Source of the DNA: a virus
Taxonomy: Duplodnaviria; Caudoviricetes
Direction: 5' to 3' (one strand)
Virus record (IMG/VR): IMGVR_UViG_3300002307_000010
Location: 1 to 38,157 of that record
Length of the DNA stretch: 38,157 nt
Below, one piece after another: positions 9,374-18,577 of the stretch. Positions within the stretch are counted from its first letter, which is position 1; every line of letters begins with the position of its first letter. Position numbers and translations under genes: made by a program. Below the pieces are notes generated by a model. It made no database searches and was not told the origin of the DNA. It saw only the letters and a program-made list of their open reading frames with translations.

Positions 9374-11590
9374 TTATTGAAAACGATAACTTGTAGGAGT
9401 ACTATATATGCACATTGCATGCAGGGCAAAATCACATTCCATAATAGCAACATTTCTCATTTGAGTGTCATTAAGTATTAACTGAAATTGTACCACTTCA
9501 CCATTGGCTTGGAAGTACACAGGATGCCATATACGTGTTGTATCAGATTCAAATGGTATATCGGGATAGGCATATGTATCAAGATTTCCCGTCCCAAGTA
9601 ATACACCATTAGCCTGACTTTCCTGTAATAATGGTACAACTGAGGTAGATGTAAAGAAGTTGACCTGAATTTGTCCTGATGCGGTAGTATCAACCATAAA
9701 GTCTATTTTTGAAATGGCAGCATTTCTACCATCTTTAGCATAGAAATTATATTCCTTCGTTGTGATAGCTATTTGACTTACTCGCGCTATTAAACCACCA
9801 CCGATGTAAGTTCCTGTAACTGGGGTAATTGCCGGTACCACTATTACAAATGTGTTGATATCAATTACATTAAGTACTTGGAATATCTGATTATTTAAAC
9901 CATTTGATGCATCTGACCATGTAGCACCCTGAATAAAAATATACTCGCCATAATTTAAATTATGTTCAGTCACTGTTAATGTAGTTGAACCTGCACTTGA
10001 AACAGCATTCGTAATTTGTAATACTGGAGCGTTTGTAGGTTCATCAGCATCGCAGATAAATGTATATCCTTGTTGATTACCTGCCACAACCTGTCTAAAT
10101 CGTGCTTGAACCGCACCACTATCCCATGTAACTGTATCATCCCATGTTACTGTATTAGAATCCCATGTTACACCAACAATTGGTTGGAAGTATCCAAAGC
10201 ATGTAATAGTATCATTATTCAGTGCCCATGTACCGGTAACATAATTAAAAATTAGAACCCGGTTAGGATAGGGAATATTAGCATCAGCCTCAGTATCAGG
10301 AAAACTCCAATAAACCATTTCAACATAATAATCTCTAATTCCATAGACTCTCTCTACTCCTTGACCATTATTATGAATTTCAAACACACTATCAGGTATC
10401 TTTTCATCAATACGTTCAACATTGCTTCCATTACATGCATGAATACCAACATTACCTATTCCAATAGCAACCTTATCAAAAGGTACAATAGAAAAGGTTG
10501 ATTCTGCACCTAACTCAGTATTAATTTGTTGCCATGTAAATGGATATGCCTGATTTCCTTGATATACCACTTCCCATGTTGATCGTTCAAAGAATACAAT
10601 GAGACGATCTTTGATAAACTCTACAGTAATAATTGCTTCTGTTGTTGAAGCATCAATAGCATTCCCTAGTCCTGGAATATCTTGACGCCATGCCGTGGAA
10701 GCCAAAGGAGATCCTACTTGTGAATAACGACATCTATTGCTGTAATTAGTTCCGGGTAGAGAATTAGCAGGTCCTTCCCATGTATTGAATACAAGTAATC
10801 TGTTTTTAAAGGGAACAATGATGCGACAAGAATTAAGAAAATTAGGAGTTGCATCTATTTGTGGATTAAATACGTTCCATTGCGTTCCGTCATAGTAACG
10901 CATAAAGTTTGTTTCATTTTCATTGAAATTTGTTACAAAGAATATCTTTGCAGAAGCATCTGCACCTAACCATGTATCTCCCCAGAAGAACTGAGAATTA
11001 CTGCCGGTCCATATAGAAGCACCTGCTGCGATTCTATTCCAACCACCCATTATATATGTATATGCATACCGTGTATCGAATGCTATAACATATTCATCAT
11101 TGATACTTACCTGTTCATACGTGAGTAATCCCATAACAGGAAAACTGGGATAAAAATAAACTACTGTTGCATCAGGTAAAGCAACACCATTAATGACAAA
11201 GTTAGAAGTTGCAAGATCATACGTTGCAGTTGCACTGGAATTATCAGTACGAAGCATCTGTTGTGGACCGGTAGTGGAGTTATATACCGTAAATATTATA
11301 GTACCAATGCTGAATGATTGACCAATATTTGTGGGCATTCCAGCATCGACCAATATAGTTGCGACATTACCTGAAAATGTCCCACTAGTTATGGTGCCAA
11401 TATTAATTTTTAAACGAGATGCTAGGGGATTGTTTCCAATCCATCGTGAACCAAAACGTTTTCTTACACGTCCTCTAAATACATAAGCATTATTTAATTG
11501 TGAGAATGCTTCATCAGGGATCAACCAAGGTTTAAGGTTTGTTTGCAGGCCACTATTCTCTGCCATAGGCGCAATTAAAAAACGATCCAT
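9374..11590 (-). CDS. Tail nozzle / packaged-DNA stabilisation protein (P22 gp10 / tail tubular B-like)
   Basis: 738 aa beta-propeller-like; N(A)YVFRGRVRKRFG, FKNRLLVF, NRCRYSQ, DRLIVFFERS motifs; position after the adaptor. Confidence 0.7.
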   Translation of the reverse strand: MDRFLIAPMAENSGLQTNLKPWLIPDEAFSQLNNAYVFRGRVRKRFGSRWIGNNPLASRLKINIGTITSGTFSGNVATILVDAGMPTNIGQSFSIGTIIFTVYNSTTGPQQMLRTDNSSATATYDLATSNFVINGVALPDATVVYFYPSFPVMGLLTYEQVSINDEYVIAFDTRYAYTYIMGGWNRIAAGASIWTGSNSQFFWGDTWLGADASAKIFFVTNFNENETNFMRYYDGTQWNVFNPQIDATPNFLNSCRIIVPFKNRLLVFNTWEGPANSLPGTNYSNRCRYSQVGSPLASTAWRQDIPGLGNAIDASTTEAIITVEFIKDRLIVFFERSTWEVVYQGNQAYPFTWQQINTELGAESTFSIVPFDKVAIGIGNVGIHACNGSNVERIDEKIPDSVFEIHNNGQGVERVYGIRDYYVEMVYWSFPDTEADANIPYPNRVLIFNYVTGTWALNNDTITCFGYFQPIVGVTWDSNTVTWDDTVTWDSGAVQARFRQVVAGNQQGYTFICDADEPTNAPVLQITNAVSSAGSTTLTVTEHNLNYGEYIFIQGATWSDASNGLNNQIFQVLNVIDINTFVIVVPAITPVTGTYIGGGLIARVSQIAITTKEYNFYAKDGRNAAISKIDFMVDTTASGQIQVNFFTSTSVVPLLQESQANGVLLGTGNLDTYAYPDIPFESDTTRIWHPVYFQANGEVVQFQLILNDTQMRNVAIMECDFALHAMCIYSTPTSYRFQ

Positions 11591-11591
11591 A

Positions 11592-12194
11592 TTACATCCC
11601 TATTGCTAAATAAGAGATTGTTAATCCAGAAGGTGGAGCGACTATACCAAACTGAGCAAAAGTAACATTAGGAAATGTAAGTGTTTTAATACCAATAATA
11701 TTATTATAATTAGCAGCCGGATTTGTTGTTGCAGGAAATACTGCGAATACATTAGTAAAGTTTGGTGAACCTGCGACATCAGTATTAAGGTTAATAGTAA
11801 GGGTCGAAAGACTTGCCATGCTTATGCCTGAATGCCATTTCATCAAAATACCTGAAGGTAATCGACACCATCCAGGGTTTGCCCATCCCGCTGAAGTAAA
11901 TTCTACAATCTGAGCTGCAGTAGGTGCAGTTGAACCTGATTGATGTGCAAATACTAGTTCAGGTTGATTAGTTATAGTAGAAATCTGAGAATAAAGTTGA
12001 ACTATTCCTGCGAGTAAACTTGGTGCAGAACCTTGTGTAGGAAAAGAGACAATATTATGCATACCAGCATTTGTAGTATTATAGGGAACATGATTCACTG
12101 CAAAAGCTGAATCAATAGAAACAAAATTACTATTAATTGGTACTTGAGTTTGGCCTAATGTCTGACCTGCTAATGGAACATTAATGAGTGTCAT
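11592..12194 (-). CDS. Short tail-fibre-like protein
   Basis: C-term GWCRLPSGILMKW...YLAIG matches a common phage fibre C-terminal domain. Confidence 0.6.
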   Translation of the reverse strand: MTLINVPLAGQTLGQTQVPINSNFVSIDSAFAVNHVPYNTTNAGMHNIVSFPTQGSAPSLLAGIVQLYSQISTITNQPELVFAHQSGSTAPTAAQIVEFTSAGWANPGWCRLPSGILMKWHSGISMASLSTLTINLNTDVAGSPNFTNVFAVFPATTNPAANYNNIIGIKTLTFPNVTFAQFGIVAPPSGLTISYLAIGM

Positions 12195-12212
12195 ACTATC
12201 TCCTTAAATATA

Positions 12213-13307
12213 TTAATACGGCCATCCAGAACCTCCAAACCACCCTCCTATACCAAATCTCTTACCTTGTGTGTAGATAGTCTCAGTTCTTTCATTTGCC
12301 TGTTGTGTAAGGGTAGTTCTCAGAACTAAACGTTCTTGTTGTTTGAATTCAGGCATAATTTGTTGGACCGAATCTAAATCCATACGATCTTCAAATATCT
12401 TTTTAGCGGCACCATATGCTATGTACTGCCACCATTGTGATATTTGTGGTATATCAGTTTGATTTATTAATTGCGTTGGTCTTACGTCAACCTCGATCTG
12501 GATAGAATATGTTTTGTCAGGTACCGGTCGTATAGTGAATTCATTATCATAATACAACATAGCAATTGGTTTACCTGGTTGATAAAGGATTGCCTCAAAG
12601 TAGATAGGTGCCATCACTTGAGTGATATTGGGAAAGGTCACTACATACTGGCCTGTTTGGTAGTTAATGTAGTTGTTGGGATTCTGTGTTGTATCATATG
12701 GCGGAACGAGTGGCACATTTGCTTGTGTAAGATTACCTATCGTATTACTAATGGGAACATCCACCATAATCATTGATGTCCCATTAGTATCCAAACAGTT
12801 AAAGTTTACACTGCTCTGAAGTATAAACGGATATGGTACACCAGGAACTGAACTATACGGTTGAACAGGTGCTACGGAAGTAGGCACATATCCGGTAAAT
12901 GGTCCTGATGAATTGTTACCAAATAAAAGCGTCTGTTCGATCGTATTTGTCTGTGGCCACATGCCATAGAATTGATCACGCCATTGAGTATAATAGCACT
13001 GAATACCAGCCATAAATAAAGGTGGATGTACGGCTACATATTTGTTTTGAAAGTTATATAAAGGATCAGTAGTGACCGTTGTATTAGTACTATAAACATC
13101 CACTCCTGGTTGCGTATAAAATGTGAGTGTTGTCCTCAAAGAGAACAATCTCAAATGTTCAGGAAAATCATACAAAATAAATGTATTGATATAGTTGTTC
13201 AATTGATCATCACTCAACTGCGATATTGATGGACTGCGTGTCAATCGACGAACTTTTGTCTGAATATTTTGTAAGGTAGAATAACTAGAATCTGGAGTTA
13301 TAGCCAT
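12213..13307 (-). CDS. Head-tail adaptor (tail tubular protein A-like)
   Basis: TLQNIQTKVRRLT..LSDDQLNNYIN; IRPVPDKTY; IAYGAAKKI adaptor motifs. Confidence 0.75.
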   Translation of the reverse strand: MAITPDSSYSTLQNIQTKVRRLTRSPSISQLSDDQLNNYINTFILYDFPEHLRLFSLRTTLTFYTQPGVDVYSTNTTVTTDPLYNFQNKYVAVHPPLFMAGIQCYYTQWRDQFYGMWPQTNTIEQTLLFGNNSSGPFTGYVPTSVAPVQPYSSVPGVPYPFILQSSVNFNCLDTNGTSMIMVDVPISNTIGNLTQANVPLVPPYDTTQNPNNYINYQTGQYVVTFPNITQVMAPIYFEAILYQPGKPIAMLYYDNEFTIRPVPDKTYSIQIEVDVRPTQLINQTDIPQISQWWQYIAYGAAKKIFEDRMDLDSVQQIMPEFKQQERLVLRTTLTQQANERTETIYTQGKRFGIGGWFGGSGWPY

Positions 13308-13320
13308 TACTCATCCTTTC

Positions 13321-13725
13321 TTAAACGTAAGGAAAAGGGTTCAAAACATTTTGCGTAGCCTCAGTCAATATATTATTTACTTCACCTACCGGTACCACTT
13401 GTGCCGGTGTTCCAAAATTACCTGGTTGATATGGAGGAACTACAAATGCATCAAAATTAAGAGTATTAATAGTGATTGTAAATTGCGTATCATTAATTAC
13501 TGTCACTACACCTTCTAACTCATTTGCTTGTACCATACCAAATCCATTAGGGATATAAATACGCGCAATTAATCCTGTAGAATATTGATGATTACCAGGA
13601 TTAACTCCATCAAATGTAGTTGTTACCAACGCATTTTCAGCCTGTGTAATGGAAAGTATATTCCTCATCGCACGTTGAAACATTGGATATGGTACCGCAT
13701 AGTAATTTGGTGTATTTATTGGCAT
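13321..13725 (-). CDS. Small virion protein with a beta-barrel module shared with 14290-15303
   Basis: ILSITQA.NA.VT...H....G...GM.Q.N...TPAQVVPVGE is shared with the C-term of 14290-15303. Confidence 0.6.
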   Translation of the reverse strand: MPINTPNYYAVPYPMFQRAMRNILSITQAENALVTTTFDGVNPGNHQYSTGLIARIYIPNGFGMVQANELEGVVTVINDTQFTITINTLNFDAFVVPPYQPGNFGTPAQVVPVGEVNNILTEATQNVLNPFPYV

Positions 13726-13734
13726 ATATTATCC

Positions 13735-14229
13735 CTATGGTGCAACAGTTACTTCTATTAAATTAGCAGGATACATATCAATATCATCATCCATGTATTC
13801 AAGTGATTGAAATGCATAGCGATGTATCTTTTTTGATGCTTGCATTGATAGTAGTGTATTAAGTCTTCCATCAGGATTAATTGCTGTTGATACTCCTGCG
13901 TCAGCACCAGGAAGTTGTTGGTACTGTTTATAGTAACAACCATTGTTCAAATGACGTGCAACACCCCGAGGCAATGTGTATCGTTCACCATCAAACAATT
14001 CATATACTTCAATAGGTCCATCATAAAACTTATAACTGAACGCAAGTTTTCCGCGACTACCACCTTTGGCTGGATCTTCATTATTCTTGAATATACCTGT
14101 TACTAATTCTTCATCTCGAGCACGTCTTTTTTGTATTTGTCTCGCTAATTCTTCTTTAGTCATTTTCTTCAGTGATGTTGCGGGAGATTTAGAATCGATA
14201 CGACCTGATTTTACTTCTGGTTTGTTCAT
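13735..14229 (-). CDS. Conserved-looking phage head-region protein
   Basis: YELFDGERYTLPRGVARHLN motif; position after the capsid genes. Confidence 0.6.
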   Translation of the reverse strand: MNKPEVKSGRIDSKSPATSLKKMTKEELARQIQKRRARDEELVTGIFKNNEDPAKGGSRGKLAFSYKFYDGPIEVYELFDGERYTLPRGVARHLNNGCYYKQYQQLPGADAGVSTAINPDGRLNTLLSMQASKKIHRYAFQSLEYMDDDIDMYPANLIEVTVAP

Positions 14230-14256
14230 AATTTTCCTTTTTATTAATTAATAAGA

Positions 14257-14282
14257 GGGAAGAGTATTAGGCAACTCTTCCC
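14257..14282 (-). terminator. Intrinsic terminator after the capsid and decoration genes
   Basis: GGGAAGAGT/ACTCTTCCC 9-bp stem followed on the minus strand by UCUUAUU. Confidence 0.6.
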
Positions 14283-14289
14283 AATCAAT

Positions 14290-15303
14290 TTACATGTTGT
14301 TTACGCTAAATGATTTACCAGCAACCCAGTAAATAACATCAGCATCACTTCCCGCTGGAGAGTTAACTCCCGCTTGAAGTAAAAGACCAAAGTATCCTAT
14401 GTTATTGGTAGCATCACCGAGAATATTCTGTCCATATTGGAGTGCAACTGAAGTCCATTCGCCCACTGGAACAACTTGTGCTGGAGTAAATCCAGGTGCC
14501 GTTGTGAGAGGGAATACAAATGGAGAGAATCCACTGGTATTAACATTAACCGTAATAGTATTCGTGAAACCATTAACATCCGCTTGATCAATTGCAACAA
14601 TTGCAGCTTCAATGCCATTGAGTTGTGTCATACCATATGCAGTAGCAGTAACCGTAGGAATAATAAATCTTACTGATTGTCCCACTGTAAACGCATGATC
14701 TACTGATAAAGTCACAATAGCTTGTTGCGCTTGTGAAATATTGGTGATGTAACGTATAGGTGGATAAAAGTAAGGGTTATACGGTATTACTCGGAATGTA
14801 CCTGCACCTGGATTAGCACTCACAATTGGTTGCATATACGCAAGATCAAAACTCGATCCTGCAGAAATATTGTTAATAGAGAAATCCAAGCCACCTAGTT
14901 GTTGTGCACCAACAGTATTGAAAATACGCACAATTCCACCATTGATTAATGATGAAGTATTAACAGTATTAACTACCGGAGGTGTACCACTAGTAATACC
15001 CGTGAGGGATAGTGATGGACCTGGCAAATTAACAGTACTGTTCACAAAATAGAACCCAGAGTTAGCAGCAATCTGTGATATAGCAAGAGCATTTGTCGTT
15101 GCAGTTTTGGTATATTGTGTACCTTGACCTTGCGGCATTCCCAATTGCCAATAAAATTGAACGCCCTGGCCTGCACCAGCAGCATATTGCTGTGTGGTAT
15201 TATAAACCCACATAAAATCAACACCTGATGGTAGTTGAATGGTTGCCGCTGCACCTGTAGAGGTAAAACGACCTTGATTAGTTCCTGAAAAAACTTCTCC
15301 CAT
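14290..15303 (-). CDS. Capsid-associated (decoration/minor capsid) protein
   Basis: Immediately after the MCP with AAGGAG RBS; two internal beta-barrel repeats. Confidence 0.6.
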   Translation of the reverse strand: MGEVFSGTNQGRFTSTGAAATIQLPSGVDFMWVYNTTQQYAAGAGQGVQFYWQLGMPQGQGTQYTKTATTNALAISQIAANSGFYFVNSTVNLPGPSLSLTGITSGTPPVVNTVNTSSLINGGIVRIFNTVGAQQLGGLDFSINNISAGSSFDLAYMQPIVSANPGAGTFRVIPYNPYFYPPIRYITNISQAQQAIVTLSVDHAFTVGQSVRFIIPTVTATAYGMTQLNGIEAAIVAIDQADVNGFTNTITVNVNTSGFSPFVFPLTTAPGFTPAQVVPVGEWTSVALQYGQNILGDATNNIGYFGLLLQAGVNSPAGSDADVIYWVAGKSFSVNNM

Positions 15304-15313
15304 CGTATTCTCC

Positions 15314-15949
15314 TTAACTTAACGTACAACGTGCATTGATTATCCATAGATCATTGAGAATACGTGACACTTCAGCAAACGTGTAACCCACTGTTGCGTT
15401 TTGGAAAAGTGGATCATTTAGTGCTGCTGGTCTATACAAAAAGCGTGCTGAAAAATTATCCTGATACACGCATGCTAATGCTTCCATACCTTGAATAAAC
15501 ACGTTATAAACGTTATTACCCAACATTGATGCATTTGGCGATATAGATCCCACTGATGATAACATAAAGCGAACGTTGTTCACTGCACCCCACTCACTTT
15601 GAAGCACATCATTAGCATTCGGGTAGTTCCACTTAGCAATAAATCCATTCAAACTATCTAAGTCTTTAGATAAATTTGTATGACCTAATGCTAGGTATGC
15701 ATCACGCACAGGACCGGTCCCGAACTTATCCATACCCTCCTGTTTACCCAGGATCATCCAGGCATCGTTTGACAGTAGATTAGATGTAACATCTGAAATA
15801 TCTGACAAACTAAGATTAGTTGGAAGATCTCCATTGGTACCACCAGTGCAGTTATAGATCGAAGCTGTTGCTGCCAACATATCTCTCGTCAGCTGATCTT
15901 CGGTCATACGCATCGATAGTCCCAATAGTTGGGCAGTTTCATTGAGAAC
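15314..15949 (-). CDS. Major capsid protein, exon 2 (N4 gp56-like)
   Basis: VLNETAQLLGLSMRMTEDQLTRD...SEWGAVNNVRF...DPLFQNATVGY; in frame after the intron's terminal G at 15950. Confidence 0.9.
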   Translation of the reverse strand, partial: VLNETAQLLGLSMRMTEDQLTRDMLAATASIYNCTGGTNGDLPTNLSLSDISDVTSNLLSNDAWMILGKQEGMDKFGTGPVRDAYLALGHTNLSKDLDSLNGFIAKWNYPNANDVLQSEWGAVNNVRFMLSSVGSISPNASMLGNNVYNVFIQGMEALACVYQDNFSARFLYRPAALNDPLFQNATVGYTFAEVSRILNDLWIINARCTLS

Positions 15950-16701
15950 CGTTCTGTTACTTTTATGACCTATTGCTAGGCGGGGAAGCTCTTCGGCATT
16001 CCCTCACGAGGTTTCCTCTCGTGTTCAGACTGTCGCATACCTTTGCAGGTCTTTCTCACTCAGTCGTTCAGCGTAGACTTTTTCATATCGTTCGTTTATA
16101 CTTATATAGTTATAATCGTTCGATAGAGTAAAGGATTTATCATGGCCAAAGTAGTTATCTTTAATAAAGATCAAACCGTTACACAAATCGCGTATCTTGC
16201 GGGCATAGTTGATGGAGAAGGTTGCTTTTATCTTGGCCAAGTTAAACAAGGCAAGTATGGAAGCGGTTTTCAATTTCATTCTATGCTTAAAGTTACGAGT
16301 TGCGATGAAGTACTGATATTGTGGCTTGAGAATGTTTTCGGTGGACAAAAAGATTCCCGATATAGATGGACCAGCAAACAAGCGTTTACTAGACCTATAT
16401 ACAACTGGCAAGCAACTGGTGAGATGCTTGATTATATATGCCCACTTATTCTTCCCTATCTCATTATTAAAGATTACCAATGCAAGGTTATGATGCGTTA
16501 CAGATTGACCAGCAAGAACATCGGAAGCAAAAGACTGCCCGAAGACATTATTGCTAAACGTCTTGAACTGATTACTGAAATGCGAAATCTTAACTCTCGT
16601 TGGCATAATCATCCTTTAAAAAATCCTTCGCCCTTGTCGCCTTAGCATATGCCGTAGGTTTCCAAGTCAATCAGAGAAAGTTTATAGACCCCATTCATTT
16701 T
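15950..16701 (-). mobile_element. Group I self-splicing intron (752 nt) in the major capsid gene
   Basis: P1 GACCCU/GGGGUC with U.G at the 5' splice site; P10 GAAU/GUUC; P3 CUUUCUC/GAGAAAG; P7 GACUG/CAGUC; P8 and P9 GNRA hairpins; terminal G. Splicing restores ...QNQDP|VLNET... in phase. Confidence 0.92.
16142..16645 (+). CDS. LAGLIDADG homing endonuclease, antisense to the intron
   Basis: AYLAGIVDGEGCF motif, ILPYLIIK downstream; RBS AAGGA at 16131; TATAAT at 16111. Confidence 0.92.
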   Translation: MAKVVIFNKDQTVTQIAYLAGIVDGEGCFYLGQVKQGKYGSGFQFHSMLKVTSCDEVLILWLENVFGGQKDSRYRWTSKQAFTRPIYNWQATGEMLDYICPLILPYLIIKDYQCKVMMRYRLTSKNIGSKRLPEDIIAKRLELITEMRNLNSRWHNHPLKNPSPLSP

Positions 16702-17010
16702 AGGGTCTTGGTTTTGAAGCGTTACTTGGTTATTAATGGCTATATAAAGGCCATAAAAACTCATCGTAGCATCAATATCTACGCGGTATATTGGAGTCGC
16801 TGGAGGAGTTGCACCACTTGGTCCCAATGGGACTGGAGCAGTAGGCAATCTATCGTAGCGAGCCATACGTAGAGTTCTTCCACCTTTGCTCGGTAAACGT
16901 TTTGATAGTGCACCTAGCTTATGAATAAGATTAGGTGTACGTACCGATAAAAGTACATCATCAAACGTTTGTTGAACGGGCGCCGGCAGAGATGTGGTAG
17001 TAGTTATCAT
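16702..17010 (-). CDS. Major capsid protein, exon 1 (spliced product about 314 aa)
   Basis: ATG 17010 behind GGAG; MITTTTSLPAPVQQTF...LPSKGGRTLRMARYDRL...FYG, typical of an N4-gp56-like MCP N-terminus. Confidence 0.9.
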
Positions 17011-17054
17011 ACACACACTCCTAAAAAATAAACGAACATAGTTTTGTTTACACT

Positions 17055-17184
17055 ATGAGTTGGACGAATACTCATTGCGTCCTGGAGTGGCGAGTTCCCA
17101 TGCGCCGATAAGAAAAGTAAAAGATACGTTGGCTGACGAGGCCTGAATGCGTCATGTAGTTAACGAGACTACGTTGCGTTAACT
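17055..17184 (-). ncRNA. Array of four mini H-type pseudoknots in the capsid 5' leader
   Basis: Units at 17184-17156, 17154-17131, 17106-17083 and 17082-17055 share [P1]CG-CA-N7/8-UCG[P1']-[P2'], with compensatory changes in both stems. Confidence 0.75.
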
Positions 17185-17187
17185 GAT

Positions 17188-17217
17188 AGTATAGTAAAAT
17201 TTAATGGTAAAATACAA
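17188..17217 (-). promoter_or_regulatory. Promoter for the capsid leader and operon
   Basis: TTGTAT-18 bp-TATACT; the predicted start (about 17181-17184) coincides with the first pseudoknot. Confidence 0.6.
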
Positions 17218-17260
17218 GAGATGTGCTGATTGTAATTTCAAATCAAGAATAGCAATTTAC

Positions 17261-17298
17261 AAGGAAAGAGGTCCGGGGAAAAAAGGAACCCAGACCTC
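17261..17298 (-). terminator. Intrinsic terminator after the scaffold gene
   Basis: GAGGUCUGGG/CCCGGACCUC 10-bp stem followed by UUUCCUU. Confidence 0.7.
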
Positions 17299-17345
17299 CG
17301 TGTGATGTATTAATGGAAAATAAGAACCATTAACGCACGTATGTT

Positions 17346-18068
17346 CTATTGTTGGAATTGATCTGCATATTGAGAAGATTGACGAATAATATCAGCAGCT
17401 TGTTTTTCAGATAAAATACGTCTTCCTATATTGCTCACTTCACCCAATGGTGATTCACTCACTTGGGGTGCTACGTTAGAAGCAGAACGAGGTTTTGATT
17501 GATTTTGTGCTACTCTTCTATCAATATCTTCATAATTATTATCATTATTATTATTAGTAGCAATGCCACTATTTTTAATCAATTCATACGCTGTATAACC
17601 TTTATCATACAGATCAGGATTTGAAAGAATAGTTCTATAAAGTGCAGGTTTTTGTTGCTGTAATTTTCTTAAATTATCATTATTAACCACACTATCAAAG
17701 TCACTAAACTGACCTTTAAGTCTCATCTCTGCATTGGTTTCATTGTATTCTGAGAATCTTTTTTCATTATTCTCAAGTTTTTTCTCAAGTTTCTTAATAT
17801 ATTTCTTGAGATGTTTACCCTCAACATACGTATCATCACTGATACCAAGATCATCTTCATCTTCAATCTGTATCTTTGTTGTTTGTTGTTGATTCATATT
17901 CTGTTGAATATATCGTTCATACTCAGCAGCTCTACGCTCTGCTGCTTCAGCACGTTCTCTTAAGTTCTGTGTGTTTCTATCACGTTTAGATTCTTGAGTA
18001 GTTTCTTGTGATTGCTCAACCACTTGTTCTTGTTGTGGTTGTGTATCATTATTTAGTTCGTCAAACAT
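17346..18068 (-). CDS. Capsid scaffolding protein
   Basis: Acidic, Gln-rich coiled coil directly upstream of the MCP. Confidence 0.75.
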   Translation of the reverse strand: MFDELNNDTQPQQEQVVEQSQETTQESKRDRNTQNLRERAEAAERRAAEYERYIQQNMNQQQTTKIQIEDEDDLGISDDTYVEGKHLKKYIKKLEKKLENNEKRFSEYNETNAEMRLKGQFSDFDSVVNNDNLRKLQQQKPALYRTILSNPDLYDKGYTAYELIKNSGIATNNNNDNNYEDIDRRVAQNQSKPRSASNVAPQVSESPLGEVSNIGRRILSEKQAADIIRQSSQYADQFQQ

Positions 18069-18577
18069 ACATTCTCCTCCTTATTGATTCTGATAACGGC
18101 ATCTATCTTCTCACCATTTTCTTTTTTAACCCATCTCAACAATTCACCGTTCTCCATGAGAATAACAAACTGTGCTAATTGAGCAGTTTCTTTATCGTTC
18201 AAACACTGCGCCTGATTGCGTAATATATGATAGTACAAGATAGCATCAGGTATAACCCATAAAAATTCAAGATCACCTGTTGTATGCTTATATTTCCATA
18301 CTGATTGTTTATACACAGGTGTGGGACATGACTTGCGTGCCAGGTAGGTAAGTTTAGGTTGCCTGAGGACACGATCGTTTGTAGTAAGTAGTACAATATA
18401 AAAGTCTTTACCACGATAACCATCGGCATCTTTGGCACTGTTTGCTGTATTACGAAGATATACTATAATCTCTGGTTCCATTGCACGACGATAATCAATA
18501 ATATCCGATTCAAGATCTAATGCCTTAGCATCATGTTCGAGGATCACTTGTCCAGCTAATTTTTTCTTTACTTCCAC
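18053..18577 (-). CDS. Conserved-looking phage head-morphogenesis-region protein
   Basis: Probable GTG start at 18577 behind AGGAG; ARKSCPTPVYKQSVWKY...FLWVIP motif. Confidence 0.65.
   Translation of the reverse strand: MEVKKKLAGQVILEHDAKALDLESDIIDYRRAMEPEIIVYLRNTANSAKDADGYRGKDFYIVLLTTNDRVLRQPKLTYLARKSCPTPVYKQSVWKYKHTTGDLEFLWVIPDAILYYHILRNQAQCLNDKETAQLAQFVILMENGELLRWVKKENGEKIDAVIRINKEENVCLTN

Noticed and set aside
16025-16612. 195-aa minus-strand ORF inside the intron
   Set aside because: It is the antisense shadow of the LAGLIDADG gene, has no motifs, and runs through the ribozyme core.
15314-17016. Capsid gene as a pseudogene, two separate genes or an intein-containing gene
   Set aside because: Group I intron elements and in-frame rejoining explain the split; there is no continuous frame and no intein motifs.
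17055-17184. CRISPR mini-array, or fluoride/guanidine riboswitch
   Set aside because: No identical repeats with spacers and no cas genes; the fluoride P2 and 3' conserved nucleotides and guanidine-II ACGR tetraloop stems are missing.
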